A program made the position numbers and the translations under genes. From contig CM022665.1 in the NCBI GenBank assembly GCA_012295275.1, positions 12,462,001-12,526,000 on the forward strand: 64,000 nucleotides of DNA, read 5' to 3'. Under the pieces are notes generated by a model. It was not told where the DNA came from, did not search any database, and saw nothing but the letters and a program-made list of their open reading frames with translations. This DNA comes from Chrysomallon squamiferum. Taxonomy: Eukaryota > Animalia > Mollusca. Each line of letters starts with the position of its first letter. Positions within the stretch are counted from its first letter, which is position 1. Of this stretch, positions 29,886 to 41,910 are shown in pieces.

Positions 29886-30649
29886 GTGAGTCGGAAAATA
29901 ATATTTTTTCTGGACTAATATATAGAATATTCTTGACATTATACTCATCTTGGCAGAAATGCATATTCCATAGTTAAAATAGAGTAACTCAACTTATATA
30001 AAAATTGATCGTTTTAAATAAATTTATTTGTAGGCTTCGAAAATTAATGATTTCAGTTCAGTGGACAACATCGGGCACCGACCGGCGTGAATAAGTCGTC
30101 TTCCTTGATAATTAATGGTTAATCTGAAATAATAATAGTTAACTATAATCATTATTAGTACAACTATTTTTTTCTTCTGCAAAATGATTGTAATTACCTG
30201 AACGTTACATTAAATGTATCGAATATATTTTGGTTATCTGCTGTTAAAAGTATTAATCTATTATCCTAAAAATTTGCAACCCAGCATCACGAGCATGTTG
30301 TGGATATTAGTTTATGAACATATTCAAGATAGCAGTATTTTAAAAGTCGTTTTACTTAGATATGATCATCCGTCCCTCAGTAATACTAATAGGTCCATAT
30401 TTTTAAAACCAGACAAATTTATCAAAATTATTGATTATCAAACATCTTATCTTAGTTGTCTTTGCAATCTCATTGAAATTAACATTTTCAAGATGAAGAA
30501 TGTTTTGAAAGTATTTTTTCTTTAAATATGCCAGTATTTTGAAAATGCCAGTCAAATTCAGTCATTAATGTTATTTTATTTAAAAGGTATGCACCACTAA
30601 ATCTCTTACCTTTCAGCATTTTCTAATTCAGATTCTGTTCTTATTTCAG

Positions 30650-30765
30650 TCTCTTGCAATTGAGTCCATGAGCCGGTATGTCAGTCCTATCAACCCAGCA
30701 GTGTTTCCACACTTGACAATAGTCCTGCTCGGAATTGGCATATTTTTTATGGCCTGGTTTTTTGT
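30650..30765 (+). CDS. TMEM258: TMEM258 (oligosaccharyltransferase subunit) exon 2
   Basis: TTATTTCAG| then [38 protein letters not shown](V); matches the TMEM258 motif [17 protein letters not shown]. Missed by the ORF track. Confidence 0.97.
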
Positions 30766-31398
30766 GTATCTTTTGTCACGATTATGTGAATGATTCCTAA
30801 TTGTTATATTTATGTTAATTATAAAGTTAAAAGGTGGGTTTTTTTTACGCTGCTTTATTATCTCTATGTAAAATAAAAAGGAAAATCTCTTTTTCAGACT
30901 GCCAGTGCTTCACTGGGAATCTTTTTAGTTACGTATTGCTTAAACTTGATGGTATATAAAATCTAAATTCATTTTACAAGTATACATTTATTTTGTTGTT
31001 ATATTTGTTATACTACTATTTAATAAACAAGAACCCTTTTAAAATAATGTTTTAATACTGTGATATAATGTGTGTTGGTTAATGCTGTTTTCTTGTTGCA
31101 TAATATTATTTATCAAATGACATTTTGATAAAAGAGAAAATAGAAACTGCTGTGATATTCTTGGCACTTTTTTATTAACTGATCTTGGTGTCAAGGAACA
31201 ATACAGTTGTTTGGAAGAATGCATAATGTATTGGACCACTGCCACAAATATAAAAGAACTGAAATTTTGTGTTTTAAAATATAAATCTGTAACAACAATG
31301 CAAATGAGTTTTCCTTTCTTTCTCACTAAGTTGACTAACTGTTCATAAATTTATTTGTGTTAACTTTCATAAAGTTTGAATCCTTAACAAGGTGCCAG
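30766..31398 (+). other. U12-type (minor spliceosome) GT-AG intron
   Basis: 5' site GTATCTTTT; branch point TCCTTAAC at 31381-31388, 10 nt before the exon; no polypyrimidine tract. The join restores V-YEVTS. Confidence 0.88.
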
Positions 31399-31525
31399 GT
31401 ACGAGGTGACATCAAACAAATTCACGAGAGATATATACAAGGAGCTTCTTATTTCACTGGTGGCTTCAATATTCATGGGTTTTGGAATCCTCTTTCTGTT
31501 GCTGTGGGTTGGCATATTTGTCTAG
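31399..31525 (+). CDS. TMEM258: TMEM258 exon 3 (to stop)
   Basis: (V)[41 protein letters not shown]; full protein is 81 aa. Confidence 0.97.
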
Positions 31526-32049
31526 CATTGGTGAGTATGTAAACATTTAAACATCATTTCCATACAAGATAAATCATCAGAAAATCTATTTGTGGTATGT
31601 GAAATATGTTCAGAATCTGTACCTGCCTACTGGACAGGTATACATTTAATTTTATCCTTTAATAATACCAAGCAAAAAGTTGAAATGTATTCTGCATTCT
31701 TCCAAGATATGTGTTATATATATTTTTTTGTCATCCAGTCTTAATAATAGTTTGAATGTATAAAGAATTTCATTAGACCACTTTTCTTCGACCACAGTTA
31801 CACTTTAACCATTATAAAAAGGATTTCAGTTCGGTCAGGTAAACTTTGATTACCAACATTTATTATTGACATTTTTTACACATATTTTTTGAAAAATAAT
31901 GACAACAGTGGTGTTTTTAAGAGTATTCTCACCAAGTAACAAGTCACACCAGCTTGTTGAATAAGACTGAATCATAATAAAGTAATAAGAAAATTTACTT
32001 TTAAAAAAACAAGTGCAATTTTATTTTTGTTTTGTTTTTTATTTTACAG

Positions 32050-32150
32050 ACACAAGTTAGAAGCAAGTTCTTTTTCATCTCAGTGACAGATGGTACTTCA
32101 GTTCCATGTTCATTTGCATGTATATAATGTCAATAAACATCTGTAAGGTC
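32050..32150 (+). other. TMEM258: Probable non-coding last exon (3' UTR) of TMEM258
   Basis: Donor G|GTGAGT at 31531, 5 nt after the stop; acceptor TTTTATTTTACAG at 32049; AATAAA at ~32132. Confidence 0.6.
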
Positions 32151-33639
32151 TCTTACACTTGGTTTGTTTAGCTTCTTTTTTTTTTCAGTGTATTTACTGA
32201 TATTTTATTTTTAATGTTGAATAAATGAGGAAATACTGAAATTTTTATTTTTCTGTGACCTTTTTTATCTGCAGCCAAGAACTGCACAAATAATGTGCTC
32301 CCCGTTTTTACTTGGCAGCAAGCTATATATTTTTTACATACATCTTCTTCAGACAGGAAAACATATTTTTGATCTACAGTTTTATTGTGTAATGCATGTC
32401 AAGAATTAAACAGATAATTAGAAAAGAAACCCACTTAGCAGCATATTGTCTTTTACATAATTCCAGTGAGTCCACCATAAAAAGTAAAAATATATAAGAT
32501 GCTTTTGAAAATTTAGAATCGAAGAATTTGATCAAGTTTGCTTAGAATTGTCCATGTTTATTGATATTCTGCCAGACATATCTTTACAACTTGCCCAATG
32601 TTGAGAATGGCATGCTATCAAAATGAAGATAATCATATAAGAAAATAAACATTTAAAAAACTTGATCTCATATTCAGGTTCACTTGTATCAAACTGTTTC
32701 AAGGGCTGAGAATTAAAGAGGTCTAAACTCTTGAGGAGTAAGAAAAGCTTTTAGACTGCAGTGATAAATCTGAGATCTGACCCTTGTCAGTTACAATTTG
32801 TTGTGCCCACAGTGCATATATGCTTTCCCTCTTTCTCTGTCCTTCCAAATACACACACACATAATATAAACATTTTATGTTCTTACAGTTAGACAGTTGG
32901 TTGTACCCACAAGATATATAGGCATGTATACTAAAATAACATGAGCTATCTTTAAAACAATTTAATTAAAAAACCCTATGTTTTACTAAGTTTCTTAACA
33001 TACACATAACATCAACACGTTATCTTTACATAAAATGTATACGTTTATGGATTAGACCATGTCTGATCTAAATCTTTCATTTCTATAATAGGTAAATAAA
33101 ATTAAATTGTTATAGATGACATGCTGGCGAGTAATTCTGGCGACATGAAAACTGTTAGTAAATAAAGTAAATAATTTATGACATCTTAAAATCCTTTAGT
33201 AAATACAATTTATAATTTCTTGTGACATTAAAAAAAAATCACTAGCAGTTTGAAGTAGAAAGTAATAAAATGAAATTTGCTATGAGAAATAATTTCAAAT
33301 GACATTTTATATAAATTCTAGAAGCTATAGAGTTTGTTAAATGAAGTGTGTTATGCGACCTTAGTTGTACATTTGGGCAGGTTTGTAGGGGTTTTATTTT
33401 TTTTAAATACTCTTAGAATGGGGTCATCCCTGTCAAGACAAACAATGAAGAATTATTTTAATAAAAATAGGCAATTCTTAAATAACAGAAAAATATGTTG
33501 TCAGAAAAATACATTGTCACCTAATCCTTTGCAGTAATTCTTCAGGTAAATTTTAAATTCAAAGAAAAATAGAAAAAAATATATATATTTCTTGTTAAGT
33601 TATGGATTTGGTGGGGAAAAAAAAAAAAGGTTTATTTTA

Positions 33640-34075
33640 CAATCTGACTGTAAAGGCAATGAACTTTTAAAAAAATGAAAAACTATCTGGCATTTTCATT
33701 AACTTTTCCTTATTTTGAGATAATTCGGATATAAAAAAAATAATGCATGATTGTGATTTTATATACTCTTTTTTTTCTTCTTTCTTTTGAACTATTTTAA
33801 AAATGTTAAATTAATTTTCAGTGCTTGATAAAAAGAGATTAGCTCTGACTGGTTTGAAGGCTTTAAAAAAGAAAAGAAATCATACCATACTGCGTAATAT
33901 TAGAGTGCCCCAAAAAATAAAAATAAAGACAAAATTGTTGCAAAAGAATTTTTAAATACTGAGGAAGACGAGGATTGTGATGAAAGACAGATTTTTAACG
34001 TCGATGAAATTAGCTCTATCTTGGAAGAAACATACCAACGAAAACTTTTCTTAGAAAAGAAGAAGAAAAGAAATT
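33640..34075 (+). mobile_element. Decayed Tigger/pogo-family transposase fragment
   Basis: Frameshifted motifs DWFEGFKK (33847; CENP-B-type HTH) and QIFNVDE...WKK/IPTKTFLRKEE (33988 onward; start of the DDE_1 domain). Confidence 0.8.
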
Positions 34076-35037
34076 ATATTTTTTATACATTAAATTTTTA
34101 TATTTGGTATGAACCGTTATTTTAGTAAAGGATATTTAGAAATGTGTTGACCGACAGAAGATTTTCGTTTGAAATAGGAAAGATAACTCTGTACATCCTG
34201 CTGTACGTGTGTGCGATGACCAACATTGACCTTAGCTGTATTTCTTTTTTATCATCAAAGATAATTTTCTGAAGAAAATTATACTTCAGTACATTAATTT
34301 CATAGTTACTATTAATTTGCATAAATGACGAGAATTTTTTTTTTTTTTAATGTTTTAAACACTGTTTATAATTATTTAGTGCATTCTGTTAAGAAAACAG
34401 TGCAGAACTATTTAATAATAGACTTCCCTTGCTCATAAAAAAAAATTGTCTTTTTTTAAATTTAATTATAAATTCAGCGAAATTAATTCACATTACAAAT
34501 TTAATGGCTATTGGTTTAACAGCTTTCTTGAAACATTTTTTCTCTAAATTTATTTTCGATTGTTTTCATTTTGTTTGGTGTTTCTTTTTTTTTTTTTTTT
34601 TTTTTTTTAATTTTCTGGTTTTTAATTAATTTTTTATCTGTTGTTTTAAATTATTAAAATGAAAAGTAAGAAAGAGAAAAAAAAAGAATATCCTTAAATA
34701 ATAGATACAAAACATAGGTTAGCGTCAGAAAGCAAAACTGGCGATTAGACATTATTAAAATTAAGTACATCTGGCACGATCTCTTTTTTATATTATTAAT
34801 TTCAGTTCTGTTGATAAAATAAATCACAACACTTATATACGTTATATCATCAATACAGACATTGTTCCCAGCACTTCTGTATGTAATATACTTTTGTGAT
34901 ATAGATTAGTTTCTACCTGATTAGTTTTGAAAAAAATACTAATTAATAATTATATATATAAAAACAAAACAAAAAAAAAAAAAATTAAATCGGGAATAAA
35001 AATGAAGAAAAATAACAAATAAAGTGAAATCTACTGG

Positions 35038-35084
<47 letters not shown>

Positions 35085-35478
35085 TACTCATGATAAAGAA
35101 ATACTATCAATAACTAGCTTAAAAGATCTTTTATTTACAAACCTAACAGCTGATTGTGTTATGATAATTAATATTTTCCTTTGATCTGTCACTTCTAAAC
35201 AGTCGCCGGTAATTTTAATCGAGTCATATAATATTATTGTATTTGGAGACGTTTTATTCATTTTGCACAGTCGTGAAATCTAGGATGTTGTTACGAGTTC
35301 CGAGGAGAGAAGAGTCGTCTTAGGCTCTTTCTTTCCAGTAAGTTCCACAGTGCGCTAGAAATATGGTAGGCTTACATAATTACGGGCGAAAATGTATGCT
35401 AACTATTCTTTTTCTGATAATCTTTTGGCGTAACAACGGTTTCTTCAGTACAGAGTCATAATAACTTAAATATAATAA

Positions 35479-35537
<59 letters not shown>

Positions 35538-36513
35538 GATCAAAACTATACACTGTCGATCATTACATATGTAATAATTATTACATTTTTATTTTTTATA
35601 ATTATCTCGGACGTCAAGGGACGTAACTCTAATTCACCTCTTGTGTTCGCAACATTTATTTCTTATCGAAGAGCGTGTTTTGTTTTTGTTTATTATTATT
35701 ATTACTGTACGTCACGTAATATGATACTGTATCTAAGCGAATATCTAGGAGTAAACATAATTACACTGTGAAATGAAAGTAAAAAAAAAAAAAAAATTAA
35801 ATGCTAATTAGCGTGACTCATAAGAGAAATTTAATTTCAGCTTCCGAATATTTTTTTTAATTGTTTTTTTTAACTTTATAATCTGGCAAATGTCCAAAAT
35901 GTTTGTTTTCTCAACCAAAATCTCCATAGAAGAAAAATATTTTTGACGATTGTTTCTTAAAGGTTTATATTACCTTGTTCATTCTGACTGGCGTCCTAAG
36001 ATTCTTTTTTAAGGGTTAGATGTCACAGACTGATATAAAATATATCCCAACGTTCTGTCAGTGAGCTCATTAAAAAAAACATATGCAAAGATATTTCATA
36101 CCTGAAGGCTTCAAATGAGTTACCAGTTATTTCTGTGTTGAAAAATGTTATTAAATGAAGACGAACCGTGTTTTGTAAATTGTTCATGCGTGTAAGCTAA
36201 ATACAAAAAGTAATTCGTCAGATAAACACAAATCTGTCCATGAAAGAAATTCGAGAAGCAGTAATTTATTTAATCATCCATTGTTTTTTTTTTTTTTTTT
36301 TTTTGTTTTTTTTTTTTTTTTTTTTTTTTTTTTGTATTTTGGTGTTGTTTTTTTTCTGAATTTAAATCAATGGTTTTATATATAAAACATAAAGAATAAT
36401 GACAGATGAAATGATTCACAGTGTACGTATGCATGGACAGTCGGTAATGAATGGATAAAACTCCAGTCTCGGATGTATTTGTCATATTACGTACTAAGTA
36501 ATTATTTAAGCCA

Positions 36514-36548
<35 letters not shown>

Positions 36549-37704
36549 GGGTGGTCTCACATACACCAATATTTTCAAAACCTACCAAAATCATTTCTGA
36601 GGGCATTATAATTTAGAATCTAAATTTAAATTTTATAACGGATGGATACAGATTCGAGTTAAAAGTTTATTTGTTGTATATGTATTACACTAAATTAATT
36701 ATATAAGTAGCTATTTATTTTATTTTTTTTAATATTTATTCATTATTATTATTATTATTATTAGAAGGTAACAAATATTTCTTCAACCTTTTCATTATAT
36801 ATATTTATATTAGTTTCCTTGCGTTTCTTTACAAGTGTGTCATAAACGTATAACATTTACTATACGTATGTATGCATGCATGTATGTATAAGTAACATGT
36901 CCGCATTTACTTGTATTTGAATGCGTGCCTATATCTACGTATGTTTCTATATGTATGAATGCATATCTGTCTGTGTGTTTGTGTGTGTGCGTGTGTGTGT
37001 GAATAGATACCTTATCTACGTGTGTTTACATCTATGAATACAAGTCTGCAACTGCGTGTGTATCTGTATTTACGTGTTTTTCTGTATGAATGAATGCATG
37101 CATGTATTTACGTATGTATCTGCATTTGCTAAACATTCTGAAAGTACAAATAATAAAACAAAAATAAACGTAATCGACCACGTTTTCTGCTTTTCTTTAA
37201 TCTAGCTCATGAATTATTCAAGCAAGGACACCTAACGAATGCCGTTAAGTCTGCTTGTCTTCCTTTGAGGCTAGCGGGTCTCTGTACATATTATTTTAAA
37301 TGAATGACACGAATAACCGTACTCTTATCGTGTTCCTAATTGTTAGCTTCTTTGTCACAAGCAAATAAAACATATTAAAAGATTATTCATATTGCTTAAG
37401 TGTTATGAAAAGAAAGGATCAGGGAGGTAGAAAGACTAGATATATTAGACGAAGACCTCCACCCACCTTTATTTCTTTCACACGATCGAAAGACGAGATA
37501 ACCGTGTTATTAGCTGATTCATTAGAAAGAAAAAACAAATAAATTTAGGTCTCATGTCATCCAGGATCTTTTTTATTTGGAATTTTTCTTATGACTCACT
37601 CTGATTAACATTTTAGTTCTTGGTTTTCACTTCGCAGTATTATAATGTTTACTACTGTAGTTGTTCACTTTAATAATAACCTTGTTTGCACCTTGTGTGA
37701 TAAA

Positions 37705-38470
37705 TAGAGGTTGGTAAGTAACTGGATGGTAAATGCAGAGTGGTAGGTGTCCGGATGGTAACTGTATAGTAGCAGGTTTCCGGTTGATAAATATAGAGTG
37801 CTATAGAGTCTGGATAGTAATCGTAGATTTGTAGGTGTCTGGATGGTAATTGTAGATTGGTAGGTGTCTGGATAATATTTGTACGGTGTAGGTGTCTGGA
37901 TAGTAAGTGTAGAGTTGTAGGCGTCTGGATAATAACTGTAAAGTGGTAAGTTTGCGGATGGTAACTAGAGCAAATGAAAGTCTATATGATAACTGGAATA
38001 TAGTAACATTCGCAGTAATATTTGGTGTATGGTAAATGTCCGTATTGTAATTAAAAAATGGTAAACGTCTCAGTAGTATCTGGTGTATGGTAAATTTCCT
38101 TTTGATAGTAAAAATCTGGTAAAATTCTCAGTAGTATCTGGGGTGTGGTAAATGTTAATACTTGGTAACTGTAATGAGGTAAAGGTCTATATTGTAACTG
38201 GTGTGTGGTAAATTCCCGGATGATAATCGTAAAATGGTTAAGTGTGCGGATGCTAACGGACACTCGTAAATATACTTTTTATAACTGGAATGTTGTAAGT
38301 CTGTATGGTAATGGGAGTGTGTTAAACATATATAGGTTAGTTGGAGTATCTTAAATATCCAGTTGGTAACTGAGGCTGGTAAAAATCTGTATAGTAATTT
38401 GAGTATGATATTTTCCCTATATGATAACTGTGACAAAAGCCCGGGCAGTAATTGTTCGAGTGGTAAATAT
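37705..38470. repeat. Degenerate minisatellite, ~29-30 bp unit TGGTAGGTGTCTGGATGGTAACTGTAGAG
   Basis: Clearest units at 37741-37965, decaying rightwards; unit built from two ~15-bp TGGTA-led halves. Confidence 0.85.
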
Positions 38471-39113
38471 CCCACTGTCATTAATTCCTTTGCTGTCACA
38501 TAAACGTTTGCACCTATTCACTAATTTTTATACATATGTTTTCGCCAGGTTTTTTTTTTTTTTAAACTGTGTTGTTCAAAGCTGAAAAAATATTAACATT
38601 GTGACGCGTGGTGACAAACCCTGGACTTACTGAATCGATACGAAGGCAAGGTCGTTGTAAGGTATTGGAAATCAATACACGATTGACTAAATTACCTTAT
38701 TTTTGTAGCTCTCTGTACTGTTTGTCGTAGTGCTATGGCACAATCGACTAATCGATGGAACGGTTTTATTTATGTTAACGTAACTGGCCGGAATTTATTA
38801 TGAAGTGAAACAGAACTGCGCTAGATAGAATAACAAAATTCCCTTTTAATTCAGACTTGTATAATTATTGATAGATCGATGGTCACTCACGTACACACAT
38901 AAATATATGCATGCGTGCATGTCTATATATGCAAACACAATCGGGCAAACAGAGAGATAAAAAGACATATATACATACATACATGCAAACTCTTTACTGT
39001 CACACACAGACACAGATATATAAACGTAAGTACATTCACACCTATCCACCTTGTTACTTACATACATACATACACATCCATACATATATATTTTAAAAAT
39101 TATATGAAAAGGG

Positions 39114-39144
<31 letters not shown>

Positions 39145-40678
39145 TGTTAAGCACCACTAACATAATCAGTTTTGTTCCTTATTTTACGTGCATTGCTTAA
39201 ACATTTGCATGTATATTAATGTTACAAATATGAGTAATGTAATCATACATACACTGAAATCAAATTCAGATAGCAAATGTAATTGTATTTCTATCATTTT
39301 ATTATACTGCCATAATGCTTCAGTGCATTTCGACGTTTGATTTCCATGTGTATATAAAAACATATTGTTTGCAAGTTATTTTTCTTTTTAACGCCTTTTC
39401 CATGCTAGTGTTTAGTTTCCCACTGCGTTTTATATGCACGATATTAAACTTATTTATTATTAATTCGTTTTACTGCTCCATTTTCTCTGACTTGGAATTT
39501 ATGGCATAAAACATAAAGAAAAAACACACACAAAAAAAACAAAACAAAAAAAACAATCTCTTTTTCAAAGAAGATTTCATTGCTATAAACTGTAAGTGTT
39601 GATATCTGATACAGACAAAGGGTTTAAAATTTGGTACGTTTTTACATTAAGTGTTACAAAAGTAACGAAATGCAATGGAAAAAAAAAAGCATAATGAAAC
39701 ATACTTTACTGAAAAAAATATAATGAAATGAAGGAAAAAGTAATGATGAAATGTAGTTAAAAATACAATAAAATGAAATGAAAAATATATAATTAAATGC
39801 ACTGAATTTGTTTTCCTTATGCCAATTTGAATTTTTAAAATTTAAATAAGAAAGGTTGTCTACTATGCATGTATGAATGTATTTATGAAGGCAGACAGAT
39901 ACTTTTGTGTTTGTGTGTGTATATATATATATACATACACATACACACACCCACAAACTCACACATACATACATACACACATGTTTATACGTATATGTGT
40001 AATTTATTTCCGTACATATATATTTGTAATTATGCTCGTACATGCGTATACTGATACTCTTAGCTATTAATATATTAGCAAACCACTAATCATAAGTATT
40101 TAATACACACCAATCTGTAGTAACAATGTAACGACTGTAAGAGTGTAGATTGCGTGTTGACTCGAACTGTTCGCATGGTTCACTTAATTACATTATTACC
40201 AATACTTCATAGACTGCACTGCTTTACACAATTCCCACAAGAACATTTGCATAACACGAATTTCCGTTTGATTAAAAACAGAGCAGAAAAATATACGTGC
40301 ATTGTTCAAGCTGATGCGATTATCTGGCCAACTGCACACATTTGCCAACTTGAATATTTATCATTGCGGGGTAGATTAGAGGTGTATTTATATATATATA
40401 TATAATACGGAATCAGTGTGTGTGTGTATACATCTGTGGTTTCTGGAATGCATATTTTTAATTCGTTGATTGATTACTTTACTGTCTTCGGGTAATAAGA
40501 ATATTTTCTGAATTAGTAACAGTTTCCTGCTTGGAGTAAAATATTTTTAATTTTTTAATTTTATTTTTTTCAAAAGGTCACGTTTAGTATGACATTAAAT
40601 ATGTTATATTTTAAGAATAAAAATTACAAATAAACCGAAATAAAGAAAATAAAAACAAAATTTCAGTCTTAGAAATAA

Positions 40679-40724
<46 letters not shown>

Positions 40725-41198
40725 AAATATTATGTTTACCATTATAATGAATGAAGATAAATTAATAAACATTTACCTTCTTGGCGTATCCTAAATTATA
40801 TATCAACATTATTTTTTAATTATTATTATTGTTGTTGTTGTAAATAAAAATATCAGCTGACAGATCTAACTGTAATAAATAACAAACACAAATTATGTAT
40901 GTGTGTTGTGTGTGTGCGCGTGTGTACCTATGTCCGCACTTTTCTGTACATACATAGACAAATGGTTTTGCAATGAACTGGAAATATTCTAAAAAAAAAT
41001 TGAATCTCAAAAAGAAAATACTTTATTCTTACAAAGAGAATACTGTTATTATCAGCCAGTAAATATACTGTTACTGTTATAAGACATACAGATTGTATCT
41101 GATGTCATGTTAGATAAGAGTTCAATTCAGTGAGTAAACATATAACTAAATAAATGTCTGATCAGAATATGTGTGTGGCAACCTTCTTTCTTACTGTG

Positions 41199-41243
<45 letters not shown>

Positions 41244-41910
41244 TATAAACACACACACACACATACATACATATACATATGCAAACATACACACACACAC
41301 ACACAAACACAAATATATACACATATATATGTTTGACCTTCCTGAATTTTAAATACTTTATCTTGTATTTATTTATTATTATGATTTTATTAAATGTTCG
41401 TAAGCAGGGATGTGTTTTTGAAATAGACTGTGAAAAAGAAGGGGGAAGGGAGAGAAAGAGTTAGATAGAGTATTTAAAATTCAGGAAGATCAAATATAGA
41501 GAGAATTTTCACTTTAAACAGTGATGGCAAACCAAATAATTTTACATTTATATTTGTGATGGTATAATGTATTTAAAAAAGTAATAATGCAAAAACTATA
41601 TTATATCTCTATGAAATATTTACATGTCAAACAAAAACAATTGTTTTCAAGAATATCACTAATGGAACAGTTTCGAATATTATTATATATGGTAATTCAC
41701 ATACAATCGAAGACTGAAAATAAAATATTTTGCATGAATCTGCATACGTACACGACAAAAATCAGAAGTAAATGATTCCATTAGAGTTATCATATAGCTT
41801 ATTAATCTTACTGATTGTCATCATTTTCGGAAATATTATACATACATTTGGCCTCTTTCTTCTCTTAATTTTAAAGCACATATTTCTTGTTCGAGAATAT
41901 TTTCTTTTCA

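Noticed and set aside
31570-31650. Hairpin followed by ACATTT in a TMEM258 intron (possible H/ACA snoRNA)
   Set aside because: The hairpin is too short, has no pseudouridylation pocket and has no upstream partner hairpin.
35614-35632. AAGGGACGTAACTCT motif reminiscent of molluscan Helitron-associated repeats (similar at ~2728)
   Set aside because: An isolated short motif; no element boundaries could be defined.
37705-38470. CRISPR-like array or coding repeat
   Set aside because: Eukaryotic context; tandem degenerate units with no unique spacers, and no maintained reading frame.
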